From NCBI RefSeq assembly GCF_006345805.1, contig NC_043019.1:20087360-20151359 (forward strand): DNA of 64,000 nt, written 5' to 3'. Positions 11,896 to 23,685 of this stretch are shown piece by piece (positions within the stretch are counted from its first letter, which is position 1; the number at the start of each line of letters is the position of its first letter). A program made the position numbers and the translations under genes. The DNA is from Octopus sinensis (Eukaryota). The notes below the pieces were generated by a model that saw only the letters and a list, made by a program, of their open reading frames with translations, did not search any database and had not been told where the DNA came from.

Positions 11896-12302
11896 TACAA
11901 AACTTATAAGAAAACAAAAGACAAACCCATATTTTTTATGAGTGATTCTACAAGATGCAGGTAATTTCCTATTAATTCTTTTTTTTGTTTCTCTCAAAGG
12001 GTTTCCAACCCAATATGTGCATGCCATTACTTATAGCTTTATGTGCTTCAAGATCCATTGTTTCCAAAAGGAATTATTCCATGTTCTCTTGAAAATTTAT
12101 AAATTCTTTTGACATTAAATTTCTGATTATTTTTTTCTTAACGACAATGTCCTAAGTGAAAATTCTAACAAGGATCCATTTAGTGAAACATTCCTGTTAT
12201 AAAGAGGGGTTAGATTTAATTAAACACCAGTGAAATACTGGCACAGATTCCATTAAGTTCCAGTTAATTACTGGATAGATTTAATTACATAGTAATTAAA
12301 AA

Positions 12303-12692
12303 TTACTCTTTTACTTGTTTCAGTCAACTGACTGTGACCATGCTGGAGCACCACCTTTAGTCGAGCAAATCGACCCCAGGACTTATTCTTTGAAAGCCTA
12401 GTACTTATTCTATTGAATCCTTTTGCCGAACCACTAAGTCACGGGAAACACACCAGCATCGGTTGTCAAGCAATGCTAGAGGGACAAACACAGACACACA
12501 AACATATACACAGACACATATATATACATATATACGATGGGCTTCTTTCAGTTTCTGTCTACCAGATCCACTCACGAGGCTTTAGTTGGCCCGGGGCTAT
12601 ATTAGAAGACACTTGCCCAAGGTGCCACACAGTGTGACTGAACCCAGAACCATGTGGTTCGTAAGCAAGCTACTTACCACACAGACACTCCT
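12303..12692 (-). mobile_element. SINE-B (tRNA head, CORE-like ccttgggcaagt, internal (TA)n(TG)n)
   Basis: Full-length copy ending in (gagtaaaa)n. Confidence 0.88.
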
Positions 12693-13268
12693 GGTATAGA
12701 TTTTATCAGATACCAGTTAAATACTTGGGTAAAATTTAATTAACTACTAGTTAAATACCGGTATAGATTTGATTAGATACCAGCTAATAACTAGAGTAGA
12801 TTTAATTATGTTGTTTCCAATATCATTAACTAGTTCAATTTCACTCCTTTATTATTAGTCAATTGCTTAATTATCCAACTAACTAATTGATTATTTGTTT
12901 AATTTGGTTAAGCAGTAAATCGTTTGTTTTGTTTTTGTTTGTCAAATCTCTTCCATTGCTTCTTGTAACCTTTTCAATGACTTTTGACTTAGTCTGTAAT
13001 GGAGGTCGTGCTTATCTGCTGTGTGAGTTTGTGTGAGTGTGTGCTTGTGTGCACATGTGCTTATGTATGTATGGTTGTGTGTATATATTTAAGTAAATAT
13101 TTAAGTATGTATGTATGCATGTAGGTATGTAAGCATGTATGTATGCATGCATGCATGCGTCAATGTGGTATGTATTCTGTGTATTTTTGTCTGCGTGTGT
13201 GCATGCTTGTGTAGAAAGGATTATTATTATTATTATTATTATTATTATTGTTGTTGTTGTTGTTGTTG

Positions 13269-13308
<40 letters not shown>

Positions 13309-13327
13309 CATCATCACTATTATTAGC

Positions 13328-13740
13328 AAGGCGGCGAGCTGGCAGAAACGTTAGCACGCCGGGTGAAATGCTTAGCAGTATTTCGTCTGCCACTACGTTC
13401 TGAGTTCAAATTCCGCCTAGGTCAACTATGCCTTTCATCCTTTCAGGGTCGATTAAATAAGTACCAGTTACTGGGGTCGATATAATCGACTTAATCTGTT
13501 TGTCTGTCCTTGTTTGTCCTCTCTGTGTTTAGCCCCTTGGGGGTAGTAAAGAAATAGGTATTTTGTCTGTCATTACATACTGAGTTCAAATTCTGCTGAG
13601 GTCGACTTTGCCTTTTCATCCTTTCAGGGTCGATTAAATAAGTACCAGTTACTGGGATCGATATAATCGACTTAATCCGTTTGTCTGTCCTTGTTTGTCC
13701 TCTCTGTGTTTAGCCCCTTGGGGGTAGTAAAGAAATATGT
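13328..13740 (+). mobile_element. SINE-C dimer (one head, two bodies)
   Basis: Junction aaataggtattttgtctg at about 13555. Confidence 0.9.
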
Positions 13741-13756
13741 ATTTCTTTATATGTGT

Positions 13757-13987
13757 GTGTGTGTGTGTGTGTGTATGTTTGTGTGTCTGTGTTTGTCCCT
13801 CTAGCATTGCTTGACAACCGATGCTGGTGTGTTTACATCCCTGTCACTTAGCAGTTCGGCAAAAGAGACCGATAGAATAAGTACTGGGCTTACAAAGAAT
13901 AAGTCCCGGGGTCGATTTGCTCGACTAAAGGCGGTGTTCCAGCATGGCCGCAGTCAAATGACTGAAACAAGTAAAAGAGTAAAGAGT
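13757..13987 (+). mobile_element. SINE-B 3' half
   Basis: Starts in the internal microsatellite. Confidence 0.85.
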
Positions 13988-14065
13988 TATATATATATAT
14001 ATATTGAATATTAATTTGATTAATATCAATTTAAAAATTTGAAGATTCAGAAAAATTATATTACA

Positions 14066-14267
14066 TACATATAAGAGGGATGACCACTAAGTGGACATCC
14101 ATTATGCTAGAAGTAGACCACCTATGGTCTTACCACTAAGAAAGGATTGTTCTCAAGAAAATTTTCTAAATTTTCTTGAGAACAATCCTTTCTTAGTGGT
14201 AAGACCATAGGTTGTTTACTTCTAACATAAATGGTTGTCCACTTAGTGGTCACCCCTCTTATATGTA
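14066..14267. repeat. Foldback hairpin, ~95-bp arms
   Basis: tacatataagaggg...ccctcttatatgta. Confidence 0.92.
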
Positions 14268-14311
14268 TATATATATGTATATATATATATATATTCAAAA
14301 TTATCTTTCAG

Positions 14312-14746
14312 AATTCATATGGAGCATCTACGGACAGCAGGAAATCATGGTTAGCAAGTGCCTTCTGCATCAAAGACAGTCATTTGGGCGAGTGCCTGCT
14401 CTCGACAAATGCACGTGAAGACCGACGCCTGATTCTGGTGTTGAAGAACTTGGTGCGAGAATACCAAGATGCACAACGCATGCAGCGAATTCATGTTCGC
14501 AACTTTCTCAACAGATCCTACGTTTTGCACCACAAACCAATCCAATGTAGTGGTGGTCATCTGCCATATATCGCAGGGGCTATGTGTTCTAGAGATGTCC
14601 TAGAGCTCCCTCCAATTAGAGTAGCTAACCCTGCTGCTCAGTTTGTCTTGAATCCTAGGTACCAAGGTTCAATACCAATGCAGAGTAGATTGCCACGCTG
14701 CAACAAACAGTTATTTAGATCCAGCACGGTTTTCAGAAAACATTGA
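14312..14746 (+). CDS. Candidate terminal coding exon of an unidentified gene nested antisense in the ABAT intron 6640-16443
   Basis: Acceptor ttatctttcag, then 144 sense codons plus TGA of ordinary-complexity sequence (NSYGASTDSRKSWLASAFCIKDSHLGECLL...LPPIRV...VFRKH). No TE motif recognised. Upstream exon not established. Confidence 0.5.
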   Translation, partial: NSYGASTDSRKSWLASAFCIKDSHLGECLLSTNAREDRRLILVLKNLVREYQDAQRMQRIHVRNFLNRSYVLHHKPIQCSGGHLPYIAGAMCSRDVLELPPIRVANPAAQFVLNPRYQGSIPMQSRLPRCNKQLFRSSTVFRKH

Positions 14747-14769
14747 TTTAATGGTGCAGTGATATCATC

Positions 14770-15850
14770 ACAGTGATTAAAGAGATAGTGCTACAGTGAC
14801 AATAAAGCTATCACCACTGTAATACTATCTTTTCAATGACAATAAAGATATTACAATGGTAACAATAATGACAACAAAGATATCATCACGGTGATAATAT
14901 GGATACAACTACAGTAACAATAAAGATATCACCACAGTAGCAATATTTATATGACTACAGTGACAATAAAGATATCACCACAGTAGCAATATTTATATGA
15001 CCACAGTGGCAATGAAGATATCATCACTGCACTATTATCTTTTCAATGACAATAAAAATATCACCTTGATAATTGTATCTTCTGTATAACAATAAGGATA
15101 TCATTACAGTAATAATATAGCTACAACTACAGTAGCAATAAAGATATCACCACTGTAATACTATCTTTTCAATGGCAATAAAGATATTACAATGGTAACA
15201 ATAATGACAACAAAGATATCATCACAGTGATAATATGGATACAACTACAGTGACAATAAAGATATCACCACAGTAGCAATATTTATATGACTACAGTGAC
15301 AATAAAGATATCACCACAGTAGCAATATTTATATGACTACAGTGGCAATGGAGATATCATCACTGCAATATTATCTTTTCAATGACAATAAAAATATCAC
15401 CTTGATAACTGTATCTTCTGTATAACAATAAAGATATTACAGTAATAATATAGCTACAACTACAGTAGCAATAAAGATATCACCACTGTAATACTATCTT
15501 TTCAATGACAACAAAGATATCACAATGGTAACAATAAAGACAACAAAGATATCATCACGGTGATAATATGGATACAACTACAGTGACAATAAAATTGTCT
15601 TTTCAATGACAATAAAAATATCACCTTGATAACTGTATCTTCTGTATAACAATAAGGATATCATTACAGTAATAATATAGCTACAACTACAGTAGCAATA
15701 AAGATATCACCACAATAACAATATTGATACAACTGCAGTGGCAAAAAAGATATCACCCTGGTAACTGTGGTAACTCATGGCAAAAATTATATCTTCACGG
15801 TGACAATATAGACACAACAACAGTAGCAACGAAGATATCACCATGATAAC
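14770..15850. repeat. Higher-order tandem repeat (~335-bp period) built from caataaagatatcac subunits
   Basis: Unit starts at 14801, 15137 and 15470; about 16 AATAAA on the plus strand; stops in the frames tested. Confidence 0.9.
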
Positions 15851-16004
15851 ATCATCATCATCATCGTTTAACGTCCACTTTCCATGCTGGCATGGGTTGG
15901 ATGGTTTGACTGAGAACTGGCAAGCCAGAAGGTGGCACCAGGCTCCAATCTGATCTGGAAAGGTTCGTATAGCTGGATACCCTTCCTAAAGCCAACCACT
16001 CAGA
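15846..16004 (-). mobile_element. Family D fragment
   Basis: catcatcgtttaacgtcc...gatacccttcctaaagccaacc. Confidence 0.75.
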
Positions 16005-16006
16005 GA

Positions 16007-16245
16007 ATTTTCTTTTTGTGCCTTATAATTTCACACACTCACCGGTAAAATTTCCACTTTTTTCTTATTTTTATTTTTCTAAAATTTTCGTTGCGTCTTG
16101 CAACCTTTTCAATAGTTTTGACTCTATTGAATAGTTCTACTGAAAAGGATGCAAGACGCGACGAAAATTTTAGGAAAATAAAAATAAGCAAAAAGTGGAA
16201 ATTTTACCGGTGAATGTGTGAAATTATAAGGCACAAAAAGAAAAT
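16007..16245. repeat. Foldback hairpin, ~105-bp arms
   Basis: attttctttttgtgccttata...tataaggcacaaaaagaaaat. Confidence 0.92.
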
Positions 16246-16443
16246 GACTCTCCCCAGACACTACAGAACACAAACTTATTTATTGTAGCATGAAATATAA
16301 AAGAGCATAATTTCCACATACATAAAACTTGAAAAATCAAAATAGAATTTTTAGCAGTTTATTTAATTTTGGTGGTGGCGGAGCCAGTGGTGGTGGTGGT
16401 GGTGAGGGTTAGGGTGGTGAGTATAAATATTTGAACCACTTAC

Positions 16444-16510
16444 TTTCTTGAATGCCATGCCTGATCATGCGATGGGTGACCATTCCGTATCTGGAACACA
16501 GTTGATGCAT
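16444..16510 (-). CDS. ABAT: ABAT first coding exon (mitochondrial presequence); the exon spans 16444-16549 including 39 nt of 5' UTR
   Basis: Acceptor ttcttcttctgcag, AAAATG context, MHQLCSRYGMVTHRMIRHGIQE, donor AAA|gtaagt. Phase 1 matches the next exon. Arg-rich, presequence-like; no direct homology check possible. Confidence 0.75.
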
Positions 16511-16831
16511 TTTGGTGATGATACTTGGTTTAAAACACAATAGGTTAGCCTGCAGAAGAAGAATATATATCATATATATGTATGTGTGTGTGATGATGAA
16601 GATCGTTATTTAATGTCTGCTTTCCATGCTGGTATGGGTTAGACGGTTTGACTGGAACTGGTTTTGATGTGCCACATGACACCGGCAACAGCCACAACTA
16701 TGATTTCATGGGTGCTATTTACATAGTCACCTCCTCCAATATCACTCCACCTCTCAAAGGATCTTTGCCTTGCAAGTTATTTTATGACTTTGCCTGTGCT
16801 GGTGCCATATGAAAAGTACCCTATCCACTCT

Positions 16832-16967
16832 TGTTTGTTTGTTTGTTTGTTTGTTGAGCGAAGCGGTCTTTGTCCCAGAGCTAGCAAGATCGCGCGTCAG
16901 GAGAAGTCTGAAACGCAATCCTCCAACTGCGAGTCCACTGCCCTAACCACTGGGCCATTGCGCCTCC
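16832..16967 (-). mobile_element. Internally deleted mini SINE-A
   Basis: Head joined directly to tail type 2 ending gaccgcttcgctcaac(aaac)n. Confidence 0.8.
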
Positions 16968-16974
16968 TCTGTCC

Positions 16975-17345
16975 ACTCTGTAAGTTGGTTGGCGTTAGGA
17001 AGAGCATCCAGCTGTAAAAACTATGCCAAACAGACCTCACTTGTGCTTATGTTGGTGCAATGTAAAAAGCACACCCGGGCCACTCTGTAAAGTGGTTGGC
17101 ATTAGGAAAGGCATCCAACCATGAAAACCTTGCCAAAACAGACCTTGCTTATTGCTGGTGCCACATAAAAGCCCCCAGTCCATTCTGTAAAGTGGAAGGT
17201 GTTGGAAAGGGCCTCCATTTGTTAAAACCCACGCCAAAACATACAGTGGGGTTTGGTGCCATCCTCTGGTTTGCCGATTCCTGTGAAACCATCCAACCCA
17301 TGCCAGCATGGAAGACAAACATTAAATAATGATGATAATGATGAT
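16975..17345 (+). mobile_element. Diverged family D-like copy
   Basis: Two gttggc.ttagga motifs and a ccatgccagcatgg tail. Confidence 0.7.
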
Positions 17346-17487
17346 ATATATATATATATATATAATTATGAACTGTTCCATTATACTTTTTATAATAAAC
17401 TTTTTTGATAAGGTTCGTTTTTTCAAGAACCGAAACATGTAAAATTAAAATTTATCTAATATAGTGGCGTTTTCAAACTTCTTTTTT

Positions 17488-17555
<68 letters not shown>

Positions 17556-17674
17556 ATTGCATTGCAATTAAAAGCATTTATGTATTTGCCATTTGGGTGC
17601 TTCACCAGCAGTATATTGGATAACTGATATCCTATAGTGGGTTACACTCATAACCCCTATCTCACTTTGTACTT

Positions 17675-17729
<55 letters not shown>

Positions 17730-17937
17730 CTATTTGAGTATGAGTATACACATACTCATGCATAAGTAAATTATTTGTTATCAAAGTCAAAAAAGCCATT
17801 AAGAGAGAGATAAGTTATTTTAATTAGTCAAGAAATATTCTCTTAAAGTACAGAAGGAGTACGATGACTATGTACGGAGGAGAAAGAAAACAAATCTTTG
17901 AACAAGGTTCTACTTAATTCAACCAGAGAATATGGAT

Positions 17938-18000
17938 ATAATAATAATAATGAAATTATTGTATACAGTGCTCAGGTGCACCACAACTTGTCAGAAAGTA
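17938..18000 (-). mobile_element. Extreme 3' tip of the same CR1 family
   Basis: gtacagtgctcaggtgcaccacaac plus (TTA)n, as at 36.6 kb. Confidence 0.7.
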
Positions 18001-18059
18001 TATACATATACACATATGTACACATAACTATATACACACACATATATGTATATGTATGG

Positions 18060-18093
<34 letters not shown>

Positions 18094-18164
18094 AAGAGAG
18101 AGAGAGAGTCTGTGTGAATGTGTGTATATAGGTGTGTCGCCTTGACTGGCTTCTGTGCCGGTGG

Positions 18165-18497
18165 CACATGACCTACTGTGGAGACCTATTGAGGAAAGCT
18201 ATTGAGTCAAGTACATCAACATCAACATCAAAATAAAAATTAAATGGAAATCGTAGTTGTGATACCTGTGCCAGTGGCATGTAAAAAGCACCAACCGATC
18301 GTGGCTGCTGCCAGCCTCCCGGTGGCACATAAAAAGCACCCACTACACTCACGGAGTTGTTGGCGTTAGGAAGGGCATCCAGCTGTAGAAACACTGCCAG
18401 ATCAGACTGGGCCTGGTGCAGCCTTCTGGCTTCCCAGACCCTGGTCGAACTGTCCAACCCATGCTAGCACGGAAAACGGACGTTAAACGATGATGAT
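18165..18497 (+). mobile_element. Family D copy
   Basis: Same motifs. Confidence 0.85.
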
Positions 18498-18579
18498 ATG
18501 TGTGTGTGTGTATATGTATACACACATACATACATATATGTACACACATATACATTGGACACAGATATTCTCAAAAGTA

Positions 18580-19600
18580 AAGAGACACCCCAAGATGTAG
18601 TTCAGTTTTGTAACAAGGAGAAGCACCATTGATGCTATATTTCTGGTAAGACAGCTGCAGGAGATAAACATCTGTACTTGGCTTTTGTTGACATGGAGAA
18701 AGCCCTTGACAGGTTCCCCAATTCCTTATCTTGTGGTCAATGTGGTAACTAGGGATGGGCAAGTGGTTGGTGAGAGCTGCCAGGCATGCTGTCAGTAAGG
18801 TGAGTGTTGGCAATGAATATAATGAAAAATTCCAGATGGAGGTAGGGGTTCACCAAGGATCAGTCCTCAGCCCCGCCTTGTTCATCATAGTCCTCCAGGC
18901 AATAACAGAGGAATTTAAGACAGGCTGCCTCTGGAGGTTCTTCTATGTTGATGATCTTGTTCTTATAGCTGAATTACTACCTGAACTAGAGAAGTTTAAG
19001 GCGTGGAGGCAAGGTCTAGAATTGAAGAGCCTTAGGATTAACCAAGCAAAAACCAAAGTCTTACTAAGTAGGAAAGTGAACAAATCAGAAATCCCTTCAA
19101 GTAGATGGCCCTGCTTGGTCTGTAGGAAAGGCATAGGTAGAAACTCCATAAGATGTACCCAGTGCAACCTATGAACTCATAAGGGGCACAGCAATATCAG
19201 AGAAAGGTTAACAGAAACTAGATTTTGTATTTGGAAGATGCACAGGTACAATTAAAACTAAAAATGTATAGAAAATAGACTTCTTCAAATGCCAAGGGGA
19301 AAAACTAGAAGTAGTTGATAGCTTCCATTATTTAGGTAACCAAGTGAATAGTAGGGGTGGATTCTCCGAGAGTGTAACTGCTGGAATAAGAATAGGTTGG
19401 GCAAAGTAACAAAGGGCCTTTCCCACAAAATGAAAAGCAGATTGTATGATGCCTGTGTGCAAACATGCTATGCAGCAGTGAAACATGGGCTGTGACTGCA
19501 GAGAACATGTGTAGGCTTGAAAGAAATGAAGCTAGCTTGCTTCGCTGGGTGTACAATGTCAATGTGCATGCATGACACAGTGTAAGTGTCTTGAGAGAAA
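18580..19600 (+). mobile_element. RTE LINE reverse transcriptase relic
   Basis: GVHQGSVLSP, FYVDDL, WPCLVCRKG..NSIRCTQC, then LGNQ...SETWAV..E. Several stops and frameshifts. Confidence 0.92.
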
Positions 19601-19685
19601 AGTTCTTTTACGTGCCACCGACACAGGTATCACAACTACAATTTCCATTCATTTTTGATCGATTTCGATTTTGATTTCATATGGG

Positions 19686-20097
19686 CACAGGAGTGGCTTT
19701 GTGGTAAGTAGCTTGTTTACCAACCACATGGTTCCGGGTTCAGTCCCACTGCGTGGCACCTTGGGCAAGTGTCTTCTACTATAGCCTCGGGCCGACCAAA
19801 GCCTTGTGAGTGGATTTGGTAGATGGAAACTGAAAGAAGCCCGTCGTATATATGTATATGTATGTATACGTGTGTGTGTTTGTGTGTCTGTGTTTGTCCC
19901 CCCTAGCATTGACTGACAACCGATGCTGGTGTGTTTATGTCCCCATTACTTAGCGGTTCGGCAAAAGAGACCGATAGAATAAGTACTGGGCTTACAAAAA
20001 AAGAATAAGTCCCGGGGTCGAGTTGCTCGATTAAAGGCGGTGCTCCAGCATGGCCGCAGTCAAATGACTGAAGCAAGTAAAAGAGTAAAAGAGTAAA
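19686..20097 (+). mobile_element. SINE-B full length
   Basis: caggagtggct.tgtggtaag...gagtaaaagagtaaaa. Confidence 0.9.
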
Positions 20098-20183
20098 ACT
20101 GGATATAAAATTGGATAAATAATTGTTATGACAAAGGTTCATTCACAGAACAGTAAAACGAAATATTGTCATGAGTGTCATAC

Positions 20184-20350
20184 CTGTTTTCTTGTTGAGT
20201 GATCGCTTCCTCTTGTTGACAGGAATGTTGCTGTTGTTGTTGTTGTTGTTGTTGTTGTTGCTGTTGTTGTTGATGTTGTTTTCGGTTAGTCTTGGTTTCT
20301 CTTCTGTTCTCAGTCGTCAGATACGTCTAGTTGTCTGCACGGCTCGCTCA
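20184..20350 (-). other. Candidate non-coding 5' exon of ABAT containing a (CAA)n tract
   Basis: Donor CAG|gtatga at 20183 in locally CpG-retaining non-TE sequence. The first coding exon has an acceptor, so an upstream exon must exist. The start is a guess. Confidence 0.3.
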
Positions 20351-21170
20351 CAAAGTATTTAAGCATACCTGTCTGCCACGTTATTTAAAGGACTTCACCT
20401 GAAGAGGGAGTCACCTACTTCAGCTTGTTTTTCGGTTGACGGAGGTAGTCGGGGGGTGTGGAGGTGGAAGAATGGTTGGTTGGTTGGGGGTGAATGGGGT
20501 GGAAGTAGGGGTAAATGTGATGATGGTGGAGGTGGGTTGTGCACGTGTATGTGTGACAATAGTCTTATTCTTGATATTGTGCTCGTGGCTGTGATTAATT
20601 CTACTGTTATTGTTTATGGAGTTGGGGTCTTGTTGTTATTGTTGTTGTTGTTGGTGGTGGTGGTGGTGGTGGTGGTGGTGGTGGTGGTCTTTTACAATTG
20701 GTTCGATGCTTCTGAATAAACAGATGATGTCATGAAATCAAAGATAAGAAACCAGACTTGACGAAGGCAGTTAGATTCGGAAATTGGCAGAAAATGACAA
20801 TGACAATAGTGATGATGATAATGATGATAATGATGATAATGATGATAAATTCATATTCATTTGCCAAAAAACACACAACCCTAAAACAAAACATTTAATT
20901 ACAACAGCAATAATAATAATAATAATAAATATTTAACGAGTTATCAATGTGTAAATTATACAAACACACACACGCATGTATACTCACATACACACACATA
21001 CACACACACATACACACACATACACATTTACACACACAGATGCATAAAGACACTCGTGCAACCATAAGGTCTTGAGTTCAGTCCCACTGTGGCACCTTGG
21101 GCAATTTTTTTCTGCAATAGTCAATCAAAGCTTTGTGATTTGGTAGACATAAATTGAGTAGAAGTCTGTC

Positions 21171-21215
<45 letters not shown>

Positions 21216-21351
21216 GCGTGTGTGTGTGTTTGTATGTGTGTGTGTGTGCACATGTATGTATAAACACATATATATATATGTAATGTATATATATATATTA
21301 TATATATATATATATATGTATACATGTATATATATGTATAAACAAATATGT

Positions 21352-21391
<40 letters not shown>

Positions 21392-21411
21392 TATTATATT
21401 ATATATATATA

Positions 21412-21550
21412 TATAAATAATTTACAAAATAAGGCAAAAGAAAAATTCTAATGCCAAATATGCCGAAAATGGTTATTGTCAATTTTTGTCTTTTTCGGCA
21501 TATTTGGCATTAGAATTTTTCTTTTGCCCTTATTTTGTAAATTATTTATA
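21412..21550. repeat. Foldback hairpin, ~60-bp arms
   Basis: tataaataatttacaaaataagg...ccttattttgtaaattatttata. Confidence 0.9.
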
Positions 21551-22029
21551 AATTTAACCTTTAAAAGTATTTTTTGATATGCTGGCCATTGATAAAAATT
21601 TTTTCCCGAAAAAAATTTTATCATACATTAGTTATATATATGTATAAACATATATGTATACATGTATGTATGTATAAACATATATATGTATGTATAAATA
21701 TATATATATGACAGCTTTGAAATCATGTTTTCAAGAAAATGATCAAACTTTAAACCTCTATAACTTATTTAAAACATTTTTCTGGAAAAGTATATTAATG
21801 TGCTAAATTTTAAAATTTTCGATAAACTTTAATTTTTGAAATACTTGCAGCCAAATGAGCTAGATCCGTATTTGCTTCAGTAAAGACATGTTATCTGACT
21901 CTGCTTTATTGACCTCTTCTCTTTGGGAATACCATACTGCCTTTCTGATGCCGTCCATAGAAATTCATTTTCACTTTACTGATGCTTCGAGTCAAGAAAA
22001 ATTTATCGTTTGGATTTCTTCCCTCTCCA

Positions 22030-22882
22030 TTGCTTGGCACGCCAACAGCAAGTGGAGGCGCAATGGCCCAATGGTTAGGGCAGCAGACTCGCGGTCGGAG
22101 GATTGCGGTTTCGATTCTCAGATCGGGCATTGTGTGTTTATTGAGCGAAAACAACTAAAGCTCTACGAGGCTCCGGCAGGGGGTGGTGGCGACCCCTGTT
22201 GTACTCTTTCGCTCAAACTTACTCTCACTCTTTCTTCCTGTTTCTTGTCCCCGACTTCCTACGCAACCGCTGAGCCTGGATGCGCATTCATCCATCCATC
22301 TATGCTCTCGGTGTCGGGGGTTGACTTGCTTTCTCTTCTGCGGGTCTTACAAATAGCAAAGGACCACATTTCGGACTTCTCTCACTACAGAAGACCACTT
22401 CACTCAACATCAACATCACATCAACATCACACCAGCAGCATTTAGTGGCAAAAAATATGGACAGTAGATTGAACGATGTACTACATTTAGTTACCAAGAC
22501 TGTGAGCAAATTGAAGTCTAGTCCCTTGTCTGGTCGAATTTTCCGTCAATTCTGCCTAAGAAATGATGAGGGCTATAGTAAAGTCTTATACCATACCAAA
22601 GTGCAGTGGCTGTCAAAAGGAAACTGTGTTTTACGATTTGTTGAACTGTTTCATACAATCATATCTTTCTTTGAAGATACTCCACTATCTGCTTCATTGA
22701 TGGCTGCAAGGTGTGATATCCATTTTCTTTGTGATGTATTCACAAAATTAAATGATTTGAATAAGTTATTGCAAGGAAACAGAAAAACTCTCATTGAGTG
22801 TAAATCATTTATCACTACTTTCATTTCGAAATTGGTGCTGTATAAGACTAACATTTCAAAACAGACTTGTGTTATCTTTTAG
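22030..22882 (+). mobile_element. hAT (Buster/Charlie-like) transposase relic, split by a SINE-A
   Basis: HCLARQQ|HLVAKNM...LYHTKVQWLSKG...FLCDVFTKLNDLNKLLQG matches the hAT HC..H and HT.VRWLS.G motifs. Confidence 0.88.
22054..22432 (+). mobile_element. SINE-A, tail type 2
   Basis: A and B boxes, shared body, (ACATC)n tail. Confidence 0.9.
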
Positions 22883-23685
22883 ACAATCTTCAGCCAAATG
22901 CAGTATGACACAGTATGTGACAAGACCAACCCTTTAAATTACAGGTACAATCCGCCCAATGGACTTCTACGCAGTTTTTGTCTTCTCAGTTTCACTGACA
23001 AGGTATGGATTAACCCAAGGCTATGGAAATTGACAGTTTCCCAAGATACCATACAGTGGAATTGAAACAAAGACCCAGTCTCTGAAATAAAAAGGATTAA
23101 AAAGAATAAAGGATAAAGTTCCTTCCCAGGTTATATAGACTAGACCCATAGAATTGGTTTCCTGGTTCCTATGGTATATATATTGCCCCTGGAGGGGACA
23201 CCAGTCTGTTGTATGATTACTTGCTTTTGCCAGCTGAGCGGACTGGAGCAACATGAAATAAAGTGTTTTGCTCAAGAACACAATGCTTCACCTGGTCCAG
23301 GAATCGAAACCACAATCTTACAAGCATAAGTCCAACACCCCTAACCACTGAGCCATGCACCTCCATCAATAAAAAAATAAACATTTTAATTATTCAAACA
23401 AAGTGCATCTACTGTGAAAATGTAACACTAAAATTAAATGAAATTAATGATTAATTGAGGCTGAGGGGTAAAATAGAGGGAACATTAATTGATATTGACC
23501 CTAGTATGTGACTAGGATTTTACTTCAATGGGTCCAGGAGGAGAAAGGGTGAGGGAGGTCATGACAGGGTTCAAAAGCTTTCAATTAAATCAAATAAATT
23601 TTAAAAATGATATGTCTGTTGACTGTTCAAGTGTATCCCACCCATTTTACACTATATACAATGGGTATACCAACTCCACAGGACA

